From a virus: a stretch of DNA of 64,000 nucleotides. The notes under the pieces are model-generated. The model worked only from the letters and a program-made list of their open reading frames with translations. It was not told the origin of the DNA and searched no databases. The translations under genes were made by a program, and so were the position numbers. Of the stretch, positions 57,880 to 64,000 are shown one piece after another (within the stretch, counting starts at the first letter, position 1; the number at the start of each line of letters is the position of its first letter). The stretch lies in IMG/VR virus record IMGVR_UViG_3300021961_007606, positions 7,708 through 71,707 of that record. One strand, given 5' to 3'.

Positions 57880-57903
57880 AAAAAAGCCAGCAATTCACTG
57901 GCT
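57880..57903 (-). terminator. intrinsic terminator
   Basis: Minus strand AGCCAG-TGAATTG-CTGGCT followed by a T-tract. Confidence 0.65.
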
Positions 57904-57904
57904 C

Positions 57905-58117
57905 TTATTTTTTAGGCATTTTACTTGTTATACTATCGTATTGAGCTTTTTCTGCTTCGTTTTCCTTTTTGCGTATATCAGCCAGCTTAAGATAGTAATA
58001 TCGTCTAAGCCAAACTGGCAAGTTATACAATTCTGTCCAGGACCAACCCATCTTTCCATAATACATGAGATCGAAGATTTGGTCAAATAGGATGGGTCTG
58101 TAATCAGACCCCAGGCC
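57905..58117 (-). CDS. gp51-like tail/baseplate assembly chaperone, reached by frameshift or from ATG 58066
   Basis: Hand-translated +1 frame GLGSDYRPILFDQIFDLMYYGKMGWSWTELYNLPVWLRRYYYLKL...; not in ORF track. Confidence 0.7.
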   Translation of the reverse strand, partial: GLGSDYRPILFDQIFDLMYYGKMGWSWTELYNLPVWLRRYYYLKLADIRKKENEAEKAQYDSITSKMPKK

Positions 58118-58973
58118 AAAAAAACCCGACTCCGATGGGCATAGCCATCTTTTCTATTTCATGATCGCAATTAGGACAAGTGTATGAGAATGTAGTGTCT
58201 ACATCTGGTGTTACTTGTTTTAAAAATTGACGTAAGGCTAAAGAGTCACGAGATAACATAGTATCTACTGTTTTGTTAATTGTAGACTTGGCATCGTCTC
58301 CATCCACAGCAACTATTATATGTTTTAGACGTGTTGTTAATTCCGGATCAACACCAACAATTTTTGTAAGCTTTTTTAAAGACTTTACTTCTTCTTCAAT
58401 TGCTTTTTCAGCACCATGCGTTAAAAACTTTAAAGTTAGTTCTTTTTTAGAAGCTGGTAAGGTGAATGTAAATGTTGTTTGTCCTTTGGTAAACAGACTC
58501 CAATCAATGTCTCTGTCTTCAAACTCAGCTAAATCAATGTGGTGTTTTTGCTTTGTTGAACAACTTGGACAAGTGATTTCAGCTTCGTAATCGTTACCGT
58601 ATCCTAAAATACGAGCTGCAATAAAAATTGCATTCTTGTCAATGGTTAGGATATCGTTATAGTTGCATTTTGTTACAATTAAGGATTGTAGCAATTTATC
58701 AATTACAACACCCTGCTTAATAAGATTTTGCGATGCTAAGATATCTTCCTCCTTTGCAGTCATGTATTTCATTTCTATCTTTCCAGATGAAAGTGGATGA
58801 CCTTCTGGATAAAACCAACCTTTTGAAGGTAGATCGATTATCTCGGTAGGTACATCGATCTTTTGAGTGGTTTCAACCGCTTTTGGGTTTGTGTTTTCTG
58901 CTAAGAATTTAGCTTTGATTTCTTCGTCTGACAACTGACGATTTGGATAATTGTCGTTTACAACTGTGCTCAT
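58104..58973 (-). CDS. T4 gp26-like baseplate hub assembly / tail chaperone
   Basis: LPSKG..Y, MTAKEEDIL, ARILGYG, CPSC, CPNC, ends FFWP. Confidence 0.8.
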   Translation of the reverse strand: MSTVVNDNYPNRQLSDEEIKAKFLAENTNPKAVETTQKIDVPTEIIDLPSKGWFYPEGHPLSSGKIEMKYMTAKEEDILASQNLIKQGVVIDKLLQSLIVTKCNYNDILTIDKNAIFIAARILGYGNDYEAEITCPSCSTKQKHHIDLAEFEDRDIDWSLFTKGQTTFTFTLPASKKELTLKFLTHGAEKAIEEEVKSLKKLTKIVGVDPELTTRLKHIIVAVDGDDAKSTINKTVDTMLSRDSLALRQFLKQVTPDVDTTFSYTCPNCDHEIEKMAMPIGVGFFWPGV

Positions 58974-59010
58974 TTTAAAACTAGTTTATTTATAAATATA
59001 GGAAAATAAA

Positions 59011-59043
59011 AAAAGAAAGCCAACATTTTGCTGGCTTTTCTTT
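59011..59043 (-). terminator. intrinsic terminator after tail tube
   Basis: AAAGCCA...TGGCTTT inverted repeat with A/T tracts. Confidence 0.7.
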
Positions 59044-59061
59044 ATGTGTTCTGAGGGAATA

Positions 59062-59550
59062 TTAGTAATTCAATACGCAGTAATCAACTCCTAATGTGAG
59101 TTGAATTTCAACTGGAGTTTCTGTTGACCAGTCCATATCACCAAACTGAGCAGTTTTAATGTATGCACCTTTTACAGTCCAGTTTTCAATTTTATCACCT
59201 ACTGGGCCTAATACAAAGATATCAAAATCTCTTTTGTAAAAATCAGCATACCCATCACGACCGGTTACAGATTCGTGTGAAGTACGTACCCATTCCATTA
59301 CTGACTGAGCACCTGATGGAACGATAGCATCGTACATTGTGATTGTAATATCACCCCACTTACATTTACCTTTCATTTTGCGGATAATGTTAATGTGATC
59401 GAGTACAACCTCACCACACTCTAATTGTGGACGAGAAACCTTTTTACAAAGGAAAGATGGAATACCATCAATCTGAAGTATAAACCTATTCTGTACCTTT
59501 GGTTCGTAAGGTGTGTAGAATATTTGGTTGTTTTCTATTAAATTTGCCAT
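59062..59550 (-). CDS. tail tube protein (gp19-like)
   Basis: EPKVQNRF, WGDITITMYD, VMEW, YKRD, W..KGA, FGDMDW; follows sheath. Confidence 0.9.
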   Translation of the reverse strand: MANLIENNQIFYTPYEPKVQNRFILQIDGIPSFLCKKVSRPQLECGEVVLDHINIIRKMKGKCKWGDITITMYDAIVPSGAQSVMEWVRTSHESVTGRDGYADFYKRDFDIFVLGPVGDKIENWTVKGAYIKTAQFGDMDWSTETPVEIQLTLGVDYCVLNY

Positions 59551-59569
59551 TGTTCTTTTCTAATAATTA

Positions 59570-61951
59570 TTATGCGTTTTCAAAAGATGCACCAGTTGGT
59601 AAGATATTAAAATCAAGTACGATAAACTCAGCAGCTTTTGCAGGCTGTAAGAAGATTTGACCATACATGATGTTACGATCGATTACATCAGGAGTGTTGT
59701 TAGTTTCATCCATTACTACACGGAAAGCGTATAAACCTTGACGAGCTTTTACAGTATCCAAATAAGGATTAACAATGTTTAAGAATCTTTGACGAGTTGC
59801 AGTTGTGTTGTTTTCAAACACTAAGTAGCGGCTTGAGCTTGCAATAAACTTCTTCAAAGTAATTAAAAGACGACGTACGTTGATACGATCTAAAGCTGAA
59901 GGTTTAGCTTGTAGTGTTTTTTGACCCCATACACAAACTCCTTGGTTAGGGAATGTTGCGATAGCGTTGATTTTATTTTCATACAAGTCATTGCGAGTAG
60001 CTTGGTTAAGCTTTAATTCAATATCTACAGCTTCACCAATACCACCACGATTTAAACCTGCAGGTGCAAACCACTCATAAGCTACAGAATCATTGTAAGC
60101 CATTACACGTGGTACTACTACTGATGGTGGAACCCACACTGGTTTATTTTTATCAGTGTCAAGGATTTTAACCCATGGCCAGTATGTAGCAATGTAATTA
60201 GAATCGATTCCGCTATCAGTTACTGCTGCTACGGCTGTATCGGCTGATTGGCCGTAAATAACCGGATCTGCTACCACAAAAGCATCACCACGATCTTCAG
60301 CAACTTCAATTGCTTTGTTTATTATAGAAGAGTGATTAGCGATTGTAATACCTGGAGTAACAATCATATTAACATCGTACTCATCAGAGTTACTGATTAC
60401 ATTAAGAGCTTTAATATACCCAACTGAACCAGCAGAAGTGGCTGTTGAACAATTCATACCAAATACGTTAGTAGCTGTAATGCTAGATCCTACGTTTTTA
60501 GTAATTGCTGGATCCATGCCATCAAAACCACCCTGAAGAGGTATGCTAAACTTTAAGAAAGTTGTTACATCCAATCCTTCAAAAGTAGATCCTGAAATGC
60601 TACGTCCGGCTGCAAGTGATGAATTTGAGTTTGCAACAGATGCACTTGGGTGTACAAAACACTCATCCAAGTTGAAAGCACTGCCATTAGTTGTTACACC
60701 ACTAGCTAGAGGCTTTAAGTAGTTTTGATTATCAGTTACAGAGAAATCCCATCCATAATAAGCTTTCTTGTTGTAAGCTCCGTTAATTTGAGTTAACTGA
60801 GATATTACAGAAGCTGTTGGGAAAGAATAGCTTGAAGATACTGGTTGAGTCACTGCAGCAAAACCAAAAGGCTTTGCATTTGGAGTTATCGACTTAGACG
60901 ATACTGCGGAATCAACTTCTACACGAATATATTTAGAAACGTTATCATAATCACCACTGATTGACACTACTCCCGCAGAAGATACACTATATGATTTATC
61001 ACCAATACGACGAGTAATATAATTAGAAGAATCTGGATCTAAATTTAATCCGCTATAAGTTTCAAGAATTACTGGACGTTGATCTGTATCAGTATACTCA
61101 CGAACAACTAGAGTAAAGTTTCCATAATCAGATCCTGGATCGTTTCCTGGAAGTACGTTATTAATAACGCTTACTTTTATAGAAGTGTTAGTATCTGTAC
61201 CAGCGGCTAGTGTGTGTACTTTAAATAAGTTTAATTTTTCACTACCAATGATTTGTGATTGAATCCATGGAGTTGAAGCTTGGCTATAAACACCTGCAGA
61301 TCCTGAAAGATTTACAAGAGCGTTGGCTGAAGCTGATACAAAGGATATTGTAGTTGCAGCGTTTGCTTTGATAGTTGTTAAGTAATCAGAGAACCACACA
61401 TACATGTATCCTTTTTTAGATCCTTTTACTGATTCACCAAGTACGTTGTAGAACGAACTAACATTGGTTGGATCGACAGATGCTGTAATTGCTTGTCCAG
61501 TAACGCCAGATCCTGATAAAGTAATACCATAAGAACCGCTAATACTTAAAGTACCAGCTGGTATAATTGATTTGGTATATCCTTTTCCAGTTGAACTACC
61601 TACAGTGGTAGTTGGCATGATAACACCAACAAGCGAGGTTACAGATCCAGTAGTAGCTAGTATTTGAAACGAGTCAGCGTTGTATCCGCCTTCTTGTAAT
61701 ACACGCACTACAGTTACTGTGCTTGCAGCGTTAAGATAGCTCTTAACAGTATATGGGACATAGGTTTCTTCGCTTAGACCACCAAACTTAGCAATAAAGT
61801 CATTGAAGTTGGTTATTACGGTTGGTACGAATGCAGGTCCTTTTAAGGTTGGACCAATGATTGCAGCTCCGATTGCTGCGATACCAGCAGGTAAAAACGA
61901 AAGATCTTTTTCGTTTGTGAATACTCCTGGACTAACTATTCTTTCAGCCAT
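59570..61951 (-). CDS. tail sheath protein (gp18-like)
   Basis: SPGVFTNEKD, YWPW, WFAPAGLNRG, WGQKTL, DRINVRRL, DETNNT, AEFI. Confidence 0.95.
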   Translation of the reverse strand: MAERIVSPGVFTNEKDLSFLPAGIAAIGAAIIGPTLKGPAFVPTVITNFNDFIAKFGGLSEETYVPYTVKSYLNAASTVTVVRVLQEGGYNADSFQILATTGSVTSLVGVIMPTTTVGSSTGKGYTKSIIPAGTLSISGSYGITLSGSGVTGQAITASVDPTNVSSFYNVLGESVKGSKKGYMYVWFSDYLTTIKANAATTISFVSASANALVNLSGSAGVYSQASTPWIQSQIIGSEKLNLFKVHTLAAGTDTNTSIKVSVINNVLPGNDPGSDYGNFTLVVREYTDTDQRPVILETYSGLNLDPDSSNYITRRIGDKSYSVSSAGVVSISGDYDNVSKYIRVEVDSAVSSKSITPNAKPFGFAAVTQPVSSSYSFPTASVISQLTQINGAYNKKAYYGWDFSVTDNQNYLKPLASGVTTNGSAFNLDECFVHPSASVANSNSSLAAGRSISGSTFEGLDVTTFLKFSIPLQGGFDGMDPAITKNVGSSITATNVFGMNCSTATSAGSVGYIKALNVISNSDEYDVNMIVTPGITIANHSSIINKAIEVAEDRGDAFVVADPVIYGQSADTAVAAVTDSGIDSNYIATYWPWVKILDTDKNKPVWVPPSVVVPRVMAYNDSVAYEWFAPAGLNRGGIGEAVDIELKLNQATRNDLYENKINAIATFPNQGVCVWGQKTLQAKPSALDRINVRRLLITLKKFIASSSRYLVFENNTTATRQRFLNIVNPYLDTVKARQGLYAFRVVMDETNNTPDVIDRNIMYGQIFLQPAKAAEFIVLDFNILPTGASFENA

Positions 61952-62011
61952 TGTTGTAATAATTGTTTAGTTTACATATAAATATCACAACATAACTCGA
62001 AACGTTGTTTT

Positions 62012-62287
62012 TTACTCAGTCTTTGGTGTAAATACTCCAGTTTCCAGATCAAGTGATCCTGCACCATATTTGGTATCGAAAGATTCAGCTAATTCCTTCT
62101 CTTTTGTGTTTGTTTCTACAATTTGAGTTTCTAAAACTTCTTCTTGTTCTTGAAGTTGTTTTAAATAAACCTCTGCATTTTTACGAGCAAGCTTTAACTG
62201 AACTAACTGAAGACCTAACGCATTGTATTTTTCTTGCAGTTCTTTAATCTGAGACAACTCTTCTTGAGTAAATTGTTTGTTTTCCAT
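62012..62287 (-). CDS. small coiled-coil hypothetical protein
   Basis: ORF track; ends KYG.GSLDLETG.F; TATTTATA upstream. Confidence 0.7.
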   Translation of the reverse strand: MENKQFTQEELSQIKELQEKYNALGLQLVQLKLARKNAEVYLKQLQEQEEVLETQIVETNTKEKELAESFDTKYGAGSLDLETGVFTPKTE

Positions 62288-62343
62288 AACCTATATACTG
62301 TTATATTGTTTTATATAAATATACTACTTTATTATAAAAATCA

Positions 62344-64000
62344 CTAAGCTAGTAAACCTAACTGCCTTAAAGCTGCGACTACTTGAGCTATTGTGTATCC
62401 GTCAAAGGTTGCATCGTCTGTGATCTGTATACCAGCGCCGTTAGCTATTGCAGCTCCGGCTATACCGGTTGTAGGTTGTGTAACTGTTGCTGCTCCAAAA
62501 AATCCTATACTTTGATTATCTTTACATTCTATTGTTTTAGCTGCTGATGAATTTTCAACTATAAATGTTGAGGTTGCTGATGTAGATCCGGCTCCTACAA
62601 CATGTAATTTTGATGATGGTAAAGTATTATTTCCAATTTTAACACGACCTGGTGCTACAAAAGAAGTAACACCATCATATGAGCTAAGTCCTTCAAAATA
62701 TACTCCATAATAACCTGATCCATGTAAATAAATAGAGTTATTACCAAAGTAAGGTGGGAAATACATAAATGCGCTTGTACCACCATACCCTATACTAAAT
62801 GCACCTCCAGCATTTCCGTCATCAACTATTAATGGAGCATTTCCACCAACATTATAAGAGTTATTTTTAAAATAACCAGCATATGATGCTCCTATAGTAT
62901 TGTTTGAATATATTGAACCTGTAACTCCTAAACTACCAGTAATTTGAGCTGAGCCCGTGTAAGGAAATGCCGCACCTCCACCTGCACTACTTAAAGCATA
63001 AGATGCTGTTGTTGCATATGAAGCACTTGTAACACTACCACCATAGAATGAAGCTGTTTGAGCAGTTTTAACATAACTAGCAGTTTGAGCAGTAGTTACA
63101 AATGAAGCTGTTGATGCATAGGATGCTGTTCCTAAAAGTGATCCTGTAATACCTGCTGTTACATTAAGTGAACCAGTAACATATACGTCTCCTAAACTAC
63201 TAGATCCTATAACTCTAAGTTTGTAGTTTGCATCTGTAGCTGTACCAATTTGAATATTACCATTTGCTCCTACTCTAAAATAAGTACTTGTTTCAGTGCT
63301 ATCGTTAATTTTTAATAAAGATTTAGTTGAACCAAGTGTACTGGTTGGTCTTATATATAAACTCTGAGAGTTTTCTGGAAGTGCGTAGTTAAGATCTGGA
63401 ACTAGTTTGAGACTTGCATTAGCTACTATATTTGCGATGTACAAATTAGAAATAGTAGATCCATTAAAATCTACATTAGCATTAATTACTTGAATGCCTT
63501 GCCCCGAAGACCAATATGAAGGTTGATTAAATGTAACACGTTTATCTGTTTGAAGATTATCCGAACTATTCATGTACCACACTAGTGTAGTTCCACCATA
63601 TGCTGGATTTCTTCTAAGGTATAAAGAATCAAGAGTAGTAATTCCTCCTGACACCATTAATGAGCCTGTGATTGTAACACCTTGTACAAGTGGGTTTACA
63701 AATGAAGCGGTGGATGCAAATGAACTAGAAACGGCTTGTAAAACATAACTTGCGGTTTGAGCTGTTATTACATAAGATGCAGTATTTGCATTTGAGGCAG
63801 TTAATGCTTGAGTAGCATACGATGCCGTACCTAAAAGTGATCCTGTAAATGAACTAGCAAAAACACCTCCATTTACATGTAAAGTTCCTGAGTTTGGAGT
63901 TGTAGTACCTATACCTAAATTACTACCCGAACCATATAACGTAGGACCTCCACTACCTAATTTTACAGCTCCTACTCCTTGAGTTTGTTGTCCATAAATT
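62344..64000 (-). CDS. tail fibre / virion structural protein, partial (frame open to the right edge)
   Basis: Frame open from 63999; GIGTTTP, TGSL and repeated TASY/TASF units. Confidence 0.8.
   Translation of the reverse strand, partial: IYGQQTQGVGAVKLGSGGPTLYGSGSNLGIGTTTPNSGTLHVNGGVFASSFTGSLLGTASYATQALTASNANTASYVITAQTASYVLQAVSSSFASTASFVNPLVQGVTITGSLMVSGGITTLDSLYLRRNPAYGGTTLVWYMNSSDNLQTDKRVTFNQPSYWSSGQGIQVINANVDFNGSTISNLYIANIVANASLKLVPDLNYALPENSQSLYIRPTSTLGSTKSLLKINDSTETSTYFRVGANGNIQIGTATDANYKLRVIGSSSLGDVYVTGSLNVTAGITGSLLGTASYASTASFVTTAQTASYVKTAQTASFYGGSVTSASYATTASYALSSAGGGAAFPYTGSAQITGSLGVTGSIYSNNTIGASYAGYFKNNSYNVGGNAPLIVDDGNAGGAFSIGYGGTSAFMYFPPYFGNNSIYLHGSGYYGVYFEGLSSYDGVTSFVAPGRVKIGNNTLPSSKLHVVGAGSTSATSTFIVENSSAAKTIECKDNQSIGFFGAATVTQPTTGIAGAAIANGAGIQITDDATFDGYTIAQVVAALRQLGLLA

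Noticed and set aside
57928-58119. -1 frame ORF (MAWGLITDPS...) as the frameshift product
   Set aside because: It is open but not protein-like; the +1 frame gives the gp51-like sequence. A minor -1 product cannot be excluded
1011-62247. All plus-strand ORFs in the track, and short nested minus-strand ORFs (e.g. 2488, 20171, 25858, 38853, 41358, 56205)
   Set aside because: They lie antisense to or inside well-supported genes, lack motifs and have shadow-ORF composition
228-62321. Plus-strand TATAAATA as canonical T4 late promoters
   Set aside because: In that orientation they point away from the adjacent start codons into antisense; position fits sense TATTTATA
62990-63830. Fibre-gene repeats as a DGR or non-coding repeat array
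   Set aside because: They are degenerate at synonymous positions and encode TASY/TASF peptide repeats; no reverse transcriptase in the window
1-64000. Stop-codon reassignment, introns or inteins
   Set aside because: Conserved genes (polA, nrdJ, recA, helicase, sheath) are full length and uninterrupted; TAA, TAG and TGA all end genes
1-64000. tRNA, rRNA or structured ncRNA genes
   Set aside because: Intergenic gaps are short and explained by promoters, terminators or small ORFs; none recognised by eye (tRNAscan/Infernal not run)

Overview
64 kb of a large, AT-rich, T4-like (myovirus) phage genome. Essentially every real gene is on the minus strand and the standard code is used. A Bacteroidota host is inferred from DUF4494, a Bacteroidota-type ClpS-like gene, scarce Shine-Dalgarno sites and the promoter shape. 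Right to left it holds: (1) a tail module (fibre, sheath, tube, gp26/gp51-like chaperone pair with a probable +1/-2 frameshift, tape measure, baseplate); (2) a replication module (short second PolA, SSB, RecA, 5'-3' exonuclease, DnaB, class II RNR, dUTPase, ferritin); (3) a 7-deazaguanine DNA-modification cluster (queD, queE, folE, QueD-like/DpdL, TGT/DpdA-like) that also contains a nucleotide kinase and a second dUTPase-fold enzyme and lies next to the main PolA; (4) GroES/GroEL, a Cas4-like nuclease and an M15 endolysin; (5) putative head-internal proteins with a shared N-terminal leader, including an ADP-ribosyltransferase; (6) a ~15 kb glycan cluster (5 glycosyltransferases, RfbH, a YerE-like ThDP enzyme, a DHQS-like cyclase, aldolase, SDR, O-methyltransferase) that could make a branched or carbocyclic sugar; (7) small host-takeover genes. 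Two promoter classes are visible: TTG-N20-TAnnnT, and a phage-specific TATTTATA. All calls come from reading motifs by eye; no database search was run.
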